Of a stretch of 64,000 nucleotides of DNA, positions 21,601-32,395 are shown piece after piece. The position numbers were made by a program, and so were the translations under genes. The notes below the pieces were generated by a model. It was not told the origin of the DNA, made no database searches, and worked only from the letters and a program-made list of their open reading frames with translations. This DNA comes from an uncultured Gammaproteobacteria bacterium. GTDB taxonomy: Bacteria > Patescibacteriota > Patescibacteriia > SG8-24. The stretch's first letter is position 1. Each line of letters opens with the position of its first letter. The stretch spans positions 12,389 through 76,388 of the forward strand of contig CAYOXM010000004.1 in assembly GCA_964407925.1 (NCBI GenBank), given 5' to 3'.

Positions 21601-23007
21601 GACGTCCTCGCGCGACGGGCACGGCCCGCAATTGCCGAACTTCCGCTTGCAATCGGTATCCGCGCAATCCTGCGGCCCGTCACCGTCGTCGTCGAAGGCG
21701 TTGCCGCAGTACTGATAGCGCTGGCCGAGGTCGAATTCCTTGTCGTAACAGACCTTGGAGGTGTCGAGCGGGTTGACGACGCCCTTGCAGTCGGTGTCGG
21801 CGCAATCCGAAAGGTGGTCGAGGTCGTCATCGACGCCGTTGAAGCACTGCGCGTCGGCATCAACGCCTCCCGCCGTCTTGTTCTCGCTCGCGGGGCAGGC
21901 GGCGTTGCCGGCGCAATCGTAATCCAGGCAGCGGAGCTCGCCGCCCACGGTGATTTCGCCGCCGGTCAGCGGCGCGTTGTCCCACGAGGGGTCGTAGCTC
22001 TTGTCCTTGTCGTTGTCGATGAAATCGGAGCAGCTCGTCTCCGTGGCGGGGCAGCCAAAAGCCGTTTTCTTCCAACAGATGGTGTTGACGTTGCCGCCCG
22101 CCGTCACGTCGAAGACGTTATCGACGCAGTCGGAAAGGCCGTCGGCGTCGTTGTCGAACGCGTCGCCGCACGTCGTAAGGCCGGTCTCGTTGCCGAACTG
22201 GCAAAGCGCCGTGCCCGACGGCTGCCCGACCTTGTTGTTGCAGCTGCTGTCGAGGCAGTCCGGCTTGCCGTCGGCGTCGTTGTCGAATCCGTCGTTGCAG
22301 GTGTTCTCCGGCTGCTCGCAGAGCGCGCCGCTCCCGACATTGCCCGTCTTGCCGGAACACTGCACGTCGGCACAGTCGCCGCCGAAGTCGAGATCGTTAT
22401 CGATGGCATCGGCGCAGGGGAAATCCATGCCCGAAATCGCGCCCCACGACGTCGATTCGTCACCGTTCGACGGCGCGCCCGCGTCGACGTAGAACGTGAG
22501 CGTCTGGCCGCCCGTATCGCCGTTCTGGATGACGCTCAGGCTGAAGTCGTAGGAACCCGCGGCGAGGCCGGAGAACTTCACGCTCATCACCTGGTCGACG
22601 ATGCACCCGGCGCATCCGTCGTTGTCCTTGCGCTCATAGGCGGTGCGTCCCGGATTCACGTCCTCGAGCGGCAGGATGACCGCGCTGTTCGTCGGATTCG
22701 CGTACTTGTCCCAAGTCGTGAAGGCGGGAAGGTCGAACAGGATGTACGAGACGAGACCCGCGGTGCTGTACACGCCGCCGTTCAGACGGACCTTGAGTTC
22801 GCCGCTCGGCGAAAGATGCTGGGTGTACGAGTAGTTCACGGTCTGCCCGCCGACGACCATCGATCCGGTACAGACGTTGCCCGCGCAGGGCGTGCCCGAG
22901 ACGAGCGCGCGCGCCGGCATGGCCGAACGCGCGCCAAACCAGACGACCGTCGCGAGGACGAAGGCCGACATGATGCCGATGGCGGTGGCGCGCGGGGCGG
23001 TCCTCAT
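18682..23007 (-). CDS. Giant secreted Cys/Asp-repeat surface protein (about 1440 aa)
   Basis: Signal peptide, nine CxDxxDNDxDxxxDCxDxxC repeats, a thrombospondin type-3-like DNCVGLPNASQTDANANGVGDVCE and a C-terminal beta-rich domain ending PPPGF. ATGA overlap with the upstream gene. Confidence 0.85.
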   Translation of the reverse strand: MRTAPRATAIGIMSAFVLATVVWFGARSAMPARALVSGTPCAGNVCTGSMVVGGQTVNYSYTQHLSPSGELKVRLNGGVYSTAGLVSYILFDLPAFTTWDKYANPTNSAVILPLEDVNPGRTAYERKDNDGCAGCIVDQVMSVKFSGLAAGSYDFSLSVIQNGDTGGQTLTFYVDAGAPSNGDESTSWGAISGMDFPCADAIDNDLDFGGDCADVQCSGKTGNVGSGALCEQPENTCNDGFDNDADGKPDCLDSSCNNKVGQPSGTALCQFGNETGLTTCGDAFDNDADGLSDCVDNVFDVTAGGNVNTICWKKTAFGCPATETSCSDFIDNDKDKSYDPSWDNAPLTGGEITVGGELRCLDYDCAGNAACPASENKTAGGVDADAQCFNGVDDDLDHLSDCADTDCKGVVNPLDTSKVCYDKEFDLGQRYQYCGNAFDDDGDGPQDCADTDCKRKFGNCGPCPSREDVTYDSCADGSDNDTDVIKDCADVTDCAADAGAANRPNLGSLGHAAMCATAEDTNDECGDGFDNDSDAKVDCADSQCAGSLGPELQACQPAGESSCGDGKDNDGDAAIDCADSSCWGVGTCAPKNWTNATCQVVPRSTAPTAFTSNNPTVLATVRVAAHVSSTDVLRFTGSGTYSSVTIIVGDNTDAAKYYPYAAANPTCTLLDSVTGLPHARLTFLAVAGHAVQIYNTPGGNFGPFDVTLTCATPATPAATKNYPISISMLKQPGDVAEYGDVNFSTTLYESTVPTVIEVEPEAAMGGTIRVPYGVAPSLSQQMRMFRGVPTDPGGAPPLSSGICRCDVKINGTVFPTGPDCLTAPLLFPSDMALTIQARAEDGAGNLGAYFSAPAFSVNLTPALTSALTVTPGKPFFRTGNLKTTVSANFITAPGDSFNQPCEVYVRTPAGVVVGGPPGPVPPPTATFVGLIGGGTGNTMQCQAEVSLPTAIPDGMYYVTVGVRDSDGDTVESNRKAIFVCNDVPGPGDPDPGNGCAYADFDLDGASEGLYTTVYSTSPKACDNCVGLPNASQTDANANGVGDVCEPNKQYGRCRIDTEIVCECDSDEVCDYPCPGPSIGMDYSLLPPDHVDPQVCEPAWGLCTIGGQVCFDDTQCTDGGTAPGFPGYGLCQDGIKKCKRDVDCTDVMGSPACTGANRCENLLYPWLQTLQGNVFSKKRITAPDVPPANQYNATFCVTAKDVIINFNSAQTCDALAAAGAAGPNATVKFDRPKSGNAYSSVLGKLDLAGLRAGKFGTVIDVPPGQLDATLNSYSNRLGGKVFRVVGDATVGAHTIYNDGTKGNGTVFVDGGNLYVNGDFLYDTSTVTDLRQLASLGWIVVDDGSNAKGNVYVDGSVKNLVGAFYVGGDDGFWSVAPPLSDSPDPFTLHGLIVARQFHLSRSYKSVTQGSEQFVYDGRAVVNPPPGFGDVTKTLPIFADSAPQ
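21261..22420 (-). repeat. Array of nine Cys/Asp calcium-binding-type peptide repeats
   Basis: Examples: CNDGFDNDADGKPDCLDSSC, CGDGFDNDSDAKVDCADSQC, CGDGKDNDGDAAIDCADSSC. Boundaries approximate. Confidence 0.8.
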
Positions 23008-24674
23008 GGTTTTTTGGTCACGTCGCCCGTCGCCCCGCAGCACAGGTCGCCGGACTGCGCGCCGGGGGAGAAGCAGTCGTCGGTTCCGCTCGCGTTATAC
23101 TTCGCCGCGCTCGTGCAGTCGCAATCGAAGTACCCGTCGTTGGCGTCGCCGTAGCCGCACTCGAGCCCGTCGACGATCTGATGGAGCGCGGGCTGGGAAA
23201 TCGTCCCCTGCCGCGTGCAGCACAGCGTCCCGCTCCCGAGCACGTAGGCGGGATCGGAGCAATCGATGATGCCGTCGCCCGCCTGACCCCAGGTGCACCG
23301 CGTGCGCGGCAGCGTCTGGCCCGAACACTGGTAGGACACGCCCTTGCAATAACGGTCAGCACAGTCGACGTACCCGTTCCCGTCGTTGTCGATCGTGTCG
23401 GCGCAGTTGCCCTCGACGGGAATGCCGCGCCGCATCGCGAGCGCGAACGACGCGTCGCCGGTGAAGTCGCACTGCGCGGCGTTCTTGAAGTAGTTGTCGG
23501 GAAAACCCGCGTTGCACTTGATGGCGAGATACTGGTCCTGCTGGGCGTCGAGGCCGGTCCAGGTGTTGCCGTGCGCGAATACCGGCTTGCGCGACGTCGT
23601 GGCGTCGATGATTTCGCGGCACTTGCCCGCGACTTCGTCGCAAATCTCCGTTCCCGCGGCGCATTGCGCGTCCGAAACGCAGGCCGACCCGTTCGCGTAC
23701 CCGGCGATGAGGCATTTGTTCAGGTACCAGAGGCTGTTCTGCTGGATGTTGTCCGCCGCGACCACCGTGTAGTCGAGCGTCGTGGTGCTGCCGCGCACGG
23801 TCGAGGTCATGACCTTGTTCACGATGCGCTTCGACGCGTCAGGGAGCAGGATCTCGCATTCCAGAAACTGATTTACGGCGGCGGAAAAACCCTGGAAGGT
23901 CACGGACATCTTGTTCCGGTGGGTGCCGGGGTACGTGCACGTCCCCGCGACGGTATCGCACTTGAGGAGCGGCGGCGTCGTGCAGTTCGCGTCGCTCACG
24001 CACGGCGGCATCGCCGTCGCGGTCGGTTCGTATATGCCCTCGGGACGCCGGACGGTGCCGAGGTCCGCAAGCACCCACGACGTGTTGGCGATACTGAAAT
24101 CGATCCAACCAATGCCGGTGCCGTCGGAATTGCCGCTCCACGCCCAGTGGTCGCCCGCCGCGCCTTTGGTGAAGTTGCCGTTCACGTTGTTGAGCACGAC
24201 GTGGTAATTGGAGGTCACGCAGTCGTCCGCGCCGACGTCTTTGTCGCAATTCAGCGAAATCCAGCCGTTCGCGCCGAGACTGACCACTTGCGCCCATCCC
24301 CAGAACTGATCCTGTTTGGCGTTGAACGTGCCGCGGTACTGCGCGTACGGCGCGCCGCCCTCCGGCGTCGTGCCCGTGCAGGTCGTGCCGAAGCAGATCC
24401 ACCCCATCGTTTCCGACCACGCCCAGCCGGTGAGGTCGCCGCGATCGGGGAAGCCGGGGGCGTTATCGATTGCCAAACCGTAATCCGCCGTCGCACAAGT
24501 AGCGTCGTTCGTGCAGTTGAGCGAGACCCAACCGATGGTTCCCGACCACGCCCAGCCGGTGACGTTGTCGGAGGTACCGGCGAACGCGCCTTGCGCGGCA
24601 AAAAAAACTCCGGCGGTAACGCCCAGCATTACCGAAAAAAATCGTATGGCGGCTCCCTTAAAAATGGGTCCCAT
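23004..24674 (-). CDS. Secreted Cys-rich protein with GWAWS-x3-GW repeats
   Basis: Signal peptide, four GWAW(S)...GWI repeats, two CVSDAxC motifs and one CADTIDNDGNGYVDCAD repeat. Confidence 0.85.
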   Translation of the reverse strand: MGPIFKGAAIRFFSVMLGVTAGVFFAAQGAFAGTSDNVTGWAWSGTIGWVSLNCTNDATCATADYGLAIDNAPGFPDRGDLTGWAWSETMGWICFGTTCTGTTPEGGAPYAQYRGTFNAKQDQFWGWAQVVSLGANGWISLNCDKDVGADDCVTSNYHVVLNNVNGNFTKGAAGDHWAWSGNSDGTGIGWIDFSIANTSWVLADLGTVRRPEGIYEPTATAMPPCVSDANCTTPPLLKCDTVAGTCTYPGTHRNKMSVTFQGFSAAVNQFLECEILLPDASKRIVNKVMTSTVRGSTTTLDYTVVAADNIQQNSLWYLNKCLIAGYANGSACVSDAQCAAGTEICDEVAGKCREIIDATTSRKPVFAHGNTWTGLDAQQDQYLAIKCNAGFPDNYFKNAAQCDFTGDASFALAMRRGIPVEGNCADTIDNDGNGYVDCADRYCKGVSYQCSGQTLPRTRCTWGQAGDGIIDCSDPAYVLGSGTLCCTRQGTISQPALHQIVDGLECGYGDANDGYFDCDCTSAAKYNASGTDDCFSPGAQSGDLCCGATGDVTKKP

Positions 24675-24748
24675 ACTCGTGCTTGAGTATAGCACGAAAA
24701 ATAGCCGATTTCACGGCTATTTTTACCCCTGTGGACAGTTTTTTCGCC

Positions 24749-25153
24749 TTACGACGAATGACGGTCGAGCGCCTCATTGACGAGCCGGTCGGCGTCCTTG
24801 TTTTTTTCCCGCCGAACGTGGGTGAAACGCACTTTTTTGAAGCCCAATTTCAGGTTATGGACGCGCATGAAGAGCGCCGCGATGCCGGGGTTGCGGACGC
24901 GGTACTCGCCGTTGAGCTGTTTTACGGCCAGCTCCGAGTCCATGTACATCTCGACCTCATCGGCACCGAGCTCCTTGGCATGCTCGAGTCCGTCGATGAT
25001 CGCCATGTATTCGGCGTAATTGTTGGTCTGGGTCCCGAGGAAGCGGCCGTGCTCCTTGAGGACGGTGCCGTCCTCGGCGGTAAGGTAGGCGCCGCAGGCC
25101 GCAGGCCCCGGATTGCCGCGGCTGCCGCCGTCGGTGTGAATGATGATTTTCAT
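24749..25153 (-). CDS. rnhA: Ribonuclease HI
   Basis: TDGGSRGNPG, TNNYAEY, DSEL and REKNKDADRL. Confidence 0.95.
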   Translation of the reverse strand: MKIIIHTDGGSRGNPGPAACGAYLTAEDGTVLKEHGRFLGTQTNNYAEYMAIIDGLEHAKELGADEVEMYMDSELAVKQLNGEYRVRNPGIAALFMRVHNLKLGFKKVRFTHVRREKNKDADRLVNEALDRHSS

Positions 25154-25156
25154 TGG

Positions 25157-25236
25157 CTGAGGTTCAGAGCTTGAGGGTTCAGAGGTCAAAGGTTTACACG
25201 CTCTAACCTTTGAAGCTCTGAAACTCTACCCTTTTC
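25157..25236. repeat. Inverted short-repeat hairpin element, copy B (overlaps the recJ 3' end)
   Basis: GAGGTTCA/GAGGGTTC/AGAGGTC/AAAGGTT arm facing AACCTTTG/AAGCTCTG/AAACTCT. Shares AACCTTTGAA and TTTGAAGCTC with copy A. Confidence 0.65.
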
Positions 25237-26967
25237 TTCCGTCTGCCGCACGTCGACAAGCTTGAGTTGGATTTCCTTGCGGCCGTTCCAGGCGTTGATG
25301 CCGATCTCGACGACCGCGTCGACGGTCATGCCGGGCATCAGCCCCTCCGCCTTTTCGACAAAATTAAAACCGATGAGCTTCGCCTCCTTGGGAAGGTCGC
25401 CGCGCGCGGTCATGCGGACGGTCTTGCCGTTCTTGCCGATCATGTCGACCGCGGAGAGCAGCAGGCCGCGGAGCAGGAATTTCGGCCGCGGGTTGCCCTC
25501 GCCGAAGGGTTCGAGCTTGGCAAGCCAGTCGACGAGTTCCCACGTCACCTGACTCATGCGGAGTTCCGCGTCGATGTCGACGACGGGACGCAAATCCTTG
25601 CCGGCGAGCTGCTCCTCGGCGTAGGCCTCGATCGCCGCGACGAACCCGCGGTAATTTTCCTCCCCCTCGATGGTGAGGCCGCAGGCTTGCGGGTGACCGC
25701 CGTAGCGCGCGAGAAATTTCTGCGCGCCGTCCATGCCGGCGACGAGATTGAACCCGGGGACGCTGCGCCCGGAACCGACGATATGCCCGTCGTCGTTGCC
25801 GAAGACGAACGCCGGAACGCCGAATTCGGCGGTGATCTTCCCGGCGACGAGTCCGACGATGCCCGCCGACCAGCCGTCACCGCAGACGCAGTGGACCTTG
25901 CGGCCCGGCGGCGCGGCGGCGACTTCGGCGCGCGCGGCATTCATGATCTGCTCGGTGTATTTCTGGCGGTCGCGGTTCACCTGGTCGAGCTTGGCCGCCG
26001 CGGCGGTCGCCTCCTCGTCGGTCTCGGCCATCAGGCACTTGAACGCGAGCTCGGCGTGCTCCATGCGCGAGGCGGCGTTGATGCGCGGTCCGATGGAGAA
26101 ACCGACCGACGTCGTGTCGAGCGAACCGAACTCGAGCCCCGCGACTTCGATCAGCTTGCGCAGCCCCGGACGCCGCGTCTTGTTGAGCACCACGAGGCCG
26201 TACCGCTCGAGCGTGCGGTTCTCCCCGACGAGCGGCATCACGTCGGTGACGGTCGCGATGGAGACGAGGTCCAGGAGCCACTTGTCGTACCCCGGCTCAA
26301 ACGGCGAGCCCTGCTTGGCGCAATACGCGATAAACCCGCAGGCGAACTTGAACGCCACGCCGACCGCGGCGAGCTTCTTGTACGGATACGTCTCGCCATC
26401 GACGAGCGGGTGCAGGATGACGCACTCAGGGATGCGTTCGGGAATCTGGTGATGGTCAACGACGATGGTGTCCATCCCCTTTTCCGACGCAAGCGCGATC
26501 TCGGCAGCGCAGCCGATGCCGCAATCGACGGTGATCATCACCCTGTTACCCGCGGCCGCGAGCGCCTCGACCGTCGCCGGCCGCACGCCGTAGCCTTCTT
26601 TTTCGCGATGCGGGATGTAGCTCGTGAAGAGCGACGGATCCTTGCCGAGACGTTTTGCCGCGTCACGGAAGGTGGTCATGAGCACGACCGAACCCGTCAC
26701 GCCGTCAGCGTCGTAGTCGCCGTGAATGACGACCTTTTCGCCATCACGAATCGCGCGCCAGACGCGCTCGCAGGCCCGTTCCATGTCGCGGAAAAGGTAC
26801 GGGTCGTGGATGTCCTGGCCGTAGTCAGGCAAAAGGAACTCGTCCACCGCTTCTTGCGTGGTGATGCCGCGGTTCGCAAGGAGCGCAAGCGCGACGGGAT
26901 GGATTTCGGGAAATCGGGCGCGCAGTTCCTCGGACGGAGGCGGCGCGACCTGCCAGCGGGATCGCAT
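25186..26967 (-). CDS. recJ: ssDNA-specific exonuclease RecJ
   Basis: GDYDADG, ITVDCG, DHH, PRINAASR and GGHPQACG. Start set at MRSRWQ, just downstream of a TATGCT -10. Confidence 0.96.
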   Translation of the reverse strand: MRSRWQVAPPPSEELRARFPEIHPVALALLANRGITTQEAVDEFLLPDYGQDIHDPYLFRDMERACERVWRAIRDGEKVVIHGDYDADGVTGSVVLMTTFRDAAKRLGKDPSLFTSYIPHREKEGYGVRPATVEALAAAGNRVMITVDCGIGCAAEIALASEKGMDTIVVDHHQIPERIPECVILHPLVDGETYPYKKLAAVGVAFKFACGFIAYCAKQGSPFEPGYDKWLLDLVSIATVTDVMPLVGENRTLERYGLVVLNKTRRPGLRKLIEVAGLEFGSLDTTSVGFSIGPRINAASRMEHAELAFKCLMAETDEEATAAAAKLDQVNRDRQKYTEQIMNAARAEVAAAPPGRKVHCVCGDGWSAGIVGLVAGKITAEFGVPAFVFGNDDGHIVGSGRSVPGFNLVAGMDGAQKFLARYGGHPQACGLTIEGEENYRGFVAAIEAYAEEQLAGKDLRPVVDIDAELRMSQVTWELVDWLAKLEPFGEGNPRPKFLLRGLLLSAVDMIGKNGKTVRMTARGDLPKEAKLIGFNFVEKAEGLMPGMTVDAVVEIGINAWNGRKEIQLKLVDVRQTEEKGRVSELQRLERVNL

Positions 26968-27011
26968 AACCCGTTCAGCATACACGAGCGTCGCGGTTCG
27001 GGGCAGGCACG

Positions 27012-27038
27012 AAAAAGCGCCCCGCGCAAGGGGCGCTT
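27012..27038 (-). terminator. Intrinsic terminator
   Basis: AAGCGCCCC-GCGCAA-GGGGCGCTT stem with a T tract on the minus strand. Confidence 0.65.
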
Positions 27039-27044
27039 CCGCCG

Positions 27045-27191
27045 CTAGCTCGTGAACGCCGGGGAGATCATCCCCATGACGGTCACGATGGCGACGAACG
27101 CGTAGAGGGCGATGACGAGCGCGCGCTTGACGGCGCGCTTGCGAATTTTCGTCTTGGAAAGCGTCGGAAACGTGAGTGCGGGGAACTTCAT
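27045..27191 (-). CDS. 48-aa small membrane protein
   Basis: Below the ORF-track cutoff. MKFPALTFPTLSKTKIRKRAVKRALVIALYAFVAIVTVMGMISPAFTS fills the gap between the lepA stop and a terminator. Confidence 0.7.
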   Translation of the reverse strand: MKFPALTFPTLSKTKIRKRAVKRALVIALYAFVAIVTVMGMISPAFTS

Positions 27192-27201
27192 TGCGGTACG
27201 G

Positions 27202-29007
<1,806 letters not shown>

Positions 29008-29013
29008 AGGACG

Positions 29014-30645
29014 CTATGACTCCGGAGTCAGGTTCTCCCCCTCCTGGCGGATGCCGGCGGGAATGACGGCGACGCGGCGGCGGAGCATGGCGACCGCCAT
29101 CTTCGCCTCCTCGAGACCGAGCGCCGACGCGACCGCGACGTAGGTCATGATGCCGGCGACGCCGGCGACCGCGCCCTGCGTGAGGATGCCGACGAACGAA
29201 CGCATGTCGACCGCGCTGCCGAGCACGACCTTCGCCGTCTGTACCGCCGCGGCCATGCAGAGCGCCGCGACGCTCATGAGCGCGAGGTCGCGGAACATCC
29301 GCCGCTCGTCGAGGTCGCCCGTACGATGACGCAGGTACGCCCAGAGCAGGACGAAATTCAGGATGCAGCCCGCGGAAAACGCGAGGGCGAGGCCGGGCGT
29401 GCCCATCCCGAGCGCGACGAGCTTCCAGGCGATGACACGTTCGAAGACGACGGAGGCCGCCGCGGCGAAGAGCGGCGTGCGCATGTCCCGGATGGCGAAG
29501 AAGGCGCGCGCGACGAGGGGCAGGAGCGCCTGCGCGAAGAGCGACAGCGTGAAAAACGAGAGCGTGTCGGCGGTATCGACGGTGTCCTTCCAGTCGAACC
29601 GCCCGGTACCGAGCACGACGCGGACGATCTGCGCGCGCAGAAGCAGCAGGAGGATAGTCGCGGGGACCACGAGGAACAGGACCGTCCGCACCGTCTTGGC
29701 GAAGGCAGCGACGAATTCGCCGTTCTTCCCTTTCGCGGCGAGCTCGGATATCAGCGGGAACGCTGCGACGGCGAACGAGATGCCGAGGACGCCGACCGGG
29801 AAGCTTTGCAGGTTGTTCGCGAGGCTGAACGTGGCGAGGCCTCCCGCGCCGACGGTCGAGGCGATTCCCGTGAGCAGGAGGAGGTTGACCTGGCTCACGG
29901 CAAGCGTCGCGGTACGCGGCAGCATCAGCCTGCCGATTTCGCGGACGCCCTCGTCGTGAAACGCGAGACGCGGCCGGTAGCGGTAGCCGAGGCCGCGGCA
30001 GGCGGCGAGCTGGAAGGCGAAATGCAGGAACGACCCCGCCGCCACGCCGACGGCGACGCCCTCTATGCCGAGCGACGGCGCGAGCGCGACGACGCCGACG
30101 ATGATGCCGACGTTGTAGGCGATCGGCGCGAGCGCGTACACGAGAAAACGGCGATGCGTCTGCAAGATTCCGCCGAGTACGCTCGACAGGCCGAGAAATA
30201 CCGGGGAAAGGAACATCACGCGCGTGAGTCCGACGGCGAGCTCGCGCTGGCCGTTTCCGAATCCCGGCGTCAAGAACGGCACGATGACGCCCGCGAAGAT
30301 GATGCCGAGCGCGGAAAGCGCGATCAGCGCGAGACCGAGGATCGTGAGAAGCGACGATGCGAGGTCGTTCGCGGCGTCGTTCCCCCGTTCGCCGTCAGCG
30401 AGAAATTTCGAAAACACGGGGATGAATCCCGCCGTGATGGCGCCGAGGACGAAAAGGTTGTAGATGAAATCCGGCGCACGAAAGGCGGCATAATACGCAT
30501 CCAGCTCCGGCCCGGCGCCGAACGTGCCAGAAAGCAGCCGGTCGCGGATGACACCGGCCAGGCGGCTGACAAGCGATGCCGCTCCCAGGAGAAACGCGGC
30601 AAAGGTCACGGTCGTGGATTTCAGCCCGAGGACCCGCTTCAACAT
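29014..30645 (-). CDS. murJ: Lipid II flippase MurJ (MviN)
   Basis: SRLAGVIRD, DAYYAAFRAPD and FIPVF in a polytopic membrane protein. Confidence 0.95.
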   Translation of the reverse strand: MLKRVLGLKSTTVTFAAFLLGAASLVSRLAGVIRDRLLSGTFGAGPELDAYYAAFRAPDFIYNLFVLGAITAGFIPVFSKFLADGERGNDAANDLASSLLTILGLALIALSALGIIFAGVIVPFLTPGFGNGQRELAVGLTRVMFLSPVFLGLSSVLGGILQTHRRFLVYALAPIAYNVGIIVGVVALAPSLGIEGVAVGVAAGSFLHFAFQLAACRGLGYRYRPRLAFHDEGVREIGRLMLPRTATLAVSQVNLLLLTGIASTVGAGGLATFSLANNLQSFPVGVLGISFAVAAFPLISELAAKGKNGEFVAAFAKTVRTVLFLVVPATILLLLLRAQIVRVVLGTGRFDWKDTVDTADTLSFFTLSLFAQALLPLVARAFFAIRDMRTPLFAAAASVVFERVIAWKLVALGMGTPGLALAFSAGCILNFVLLWAYLRHRTGDLDERRMFRDLALMSVAALCMAAAVQTAKVVLGSAVDMRSFVGILTQGAVAGVAGIMTYVAVASALGLEEAKMAVAMLRRRVAVIPAGIRQEGENLTPES

Positions 30646-30804
30646 AGATGAAACTCCGGGCACCGATGCGGCATCCGAATCCGGTTGAGTATAAGCAGAA
30701 AATAAGGCGAAAGCAAGGGAGCACCCGTGTGAACTTGACCTGACGGCCGTTCATTGCGCAGGATAAGGCGGCCGTCCTCCGAAACGGCAGAAATAGAGGA
30801 CCGG

Positions 30805-31200
30805 ATGGACCGAGAAAAACGCCTGCTCGCCTGCGAAACCGCCGGCTCTATCGCCTGGTTCGCCATGGACGCGAGCTGGATGCTGGGCCTGCCGGTCCCG
30901 GCCGCCAGCCTCGCCGTTCCGACGGTGCTGCTCAACCTGCTCATTTTCCGGTGGACCGTCCGGACCTGGCCGAACCTGCTCGTCACCGCGGCGATGGCCG
31001 CATGGGCCTGCATGAACGTCCTGTGGATGTGCGCCGACCTGAAGCTCGTCGCCTGGGGACTCCCCGTCGCGAAGGGCTTCTGCGTCGCCGGCGGCATCCT
31101 CCTCGCCGCCGCGCTCATCGGCGCGACGCGCTGGACTGACGCGCTCGAGGCGCTCCTGCGACGGTTCCGCCGGCTGCGTCTCCGCAGCCGCGAAAAATAA
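30805..31200 (+). CDS. Four-TM hypothetical membrane protein
   Basis: GAGGA SD before the ATG; internally repeated WFAMDASWM / WACMNVLWM; ends at a bidirectional terminator. Confidence 0.7.
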   Translation: MDREKRLLACETAGSIAWFAMDASWMLGLPVPAASLAVPTVLLNLLIFRWTVRTWPNLLVTAAMAAWACMNVLWMCADLKLVAWGLPVAKGFCVAGGILLAAALIGATRWTDALEALLRRFRRLRLRSREK

Positions 31201-31226
31201 ACGGTCCGCCCAGGGCGGACCGTTTT
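31199..31226. terminator. Bidirectional terminator
   Basis: AAACGGTCCGCC-CAG-GGCGGACCGTTT between convergent genes. Confidence 0.8.
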
Positions 31227-31227
31227 C

Positions 31228-32382
31228 TTATTGCTTGAGCGCCCGTTTCGCTTCCGTGGCGATCATCAGCTCCTCGTTCGTCGGAACGACGAGCACTTTC
31301 GTCCTCCCGGGAAGCTTCAGCATGCCCATCACTTTCTTGCGGATGTCCTCGCTCCGTTCGCCGACGCCGGCAGTGAACACGACCGCGTCCGCGCCGCCCA
31401 TGAGCGTCGCATACGAACCGACGTATCGCGCGACGTCGTAGCAGAACATCTCGATGGCGAGGTTCGCGCGGTATTTCGTCTCCGCCGACGGCTTTTCCGC
31501 GAGCTTGTAGCCGGGAATCTTGTATCCTGCCGCGCTCATCACGTCGCGCAGATCCTTGTACCCCGATACGCCGAGGAGGCCGGACTGCTTGTTGAGCACG
31601 TCGTCGACCTGCTGCTCGGTCATCCCGAACGTGCGGATCATGTACAGCGGGATCGCTGGATCGATGTCGCCGCAGCGCGTGGACATGGTAAGGCCCTCGA
31701 GCGGGGTGAAGCCCATCGTCGTGTCGAACGCCTTGCCGTTCATGACCGCGGTGACGGACGAGCCCGACCCGAGGTGGCACGAAACGATTTTCGCCCTTCT
31801 GTAGGGCTTTTTCAGCATTTTCGCCGCCTGCTCGGTGACGTAGCGGTGCGAGATGCCGTGGAACCCGTACTTCCGGATCTTGTGCTTGGCGTAGTACTCC
31901 CACGGCAGCGCGTACATGAACGCGAAATCGGGAATCGTCTTGTAAAAGGCGGTGTCAAACACCGCGACGTTCGCGGCGCGGGGCAAAAGCGTTCGGCAAG
32001 AGTCGATGCCGGAGAGGTTCGGCGGGTTATGGAGCGGTGCGAGACGGTTGTAGGCGCGCAGTTTCTCGAGGTTCGCGTCCGTAATGACGGTCGGTTCGGT
32101 AAATTCCTCTCCGCCATGCACGACGCGGTGACCGAAGGTGACGATGCGCTTCGTATCGATGCCGCCGTTCACGAGCGCGGAAAAGACCTTCGTGAGCGCG
32201 TCCTTGTGGTCGGGTACCGCGTCAAACTCGAGCTTCTTTTCATCCGCGCCGACCGCGACCTTCATGAACGGCTTATCGAGACCGATGCGCTCGACAAGGC
32301 CGCCAGCGAGCTCCTTGAGGCTCTTCGCCTCGAACAGCTTGAATTTCAGGCTCGAGCTGCCGGAATTGACGACGAAAATCAT
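31228..32382 (-). CDS. ackA: Acetate kinase
   Basis: NSGSSSLKF, GHRVVHGG, APLHNP, YGFHGISH and TNEEL. Confidence 0.97.
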   Translation of the reverse strand: MIFVVNSGSSSLKFKLFEAKSLKELAGGLVERIGLDKPFMKVAVGADEKKLEFDAVPDHKDALTKVFSALVNGGIDTKRIVTFGHRVVHGGEEFTEPTVITDANLEKLRAYNRLAPLHNPPNLSGIDSCRTLLPRAANVAVFDTAFYKTIPDFAFMYALPWEYYAKHKIRKYGFHGISHRYVTEQAAKMLKKPYRRAKIVSCHLGSGSSVTAVMNGKAFDTTMGFTPLEGLTMSTRCGDIDPAIPLYMIRTFGMTEQQVDDVLNKQSGLLGVSGYKDLRDVMSAAGYKIPGYKLAEKPSAETKYRANLAIEMFCYDVARYVGSYATLMGGADAVVFTAGVGERSEDIRKKVMGMLKLPGRTKVLVVPTNEELMIATEAKRALKQ

Positions 32383-32395
32383 ACGCGTTGCCGGT

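Noticed and set aside
21261-22420. Possible CRISPR array or DNA tandem repeat
   Set aside because: The repeats are degenerate, in frame and conserved at the protein level; no cas genes are nearby.
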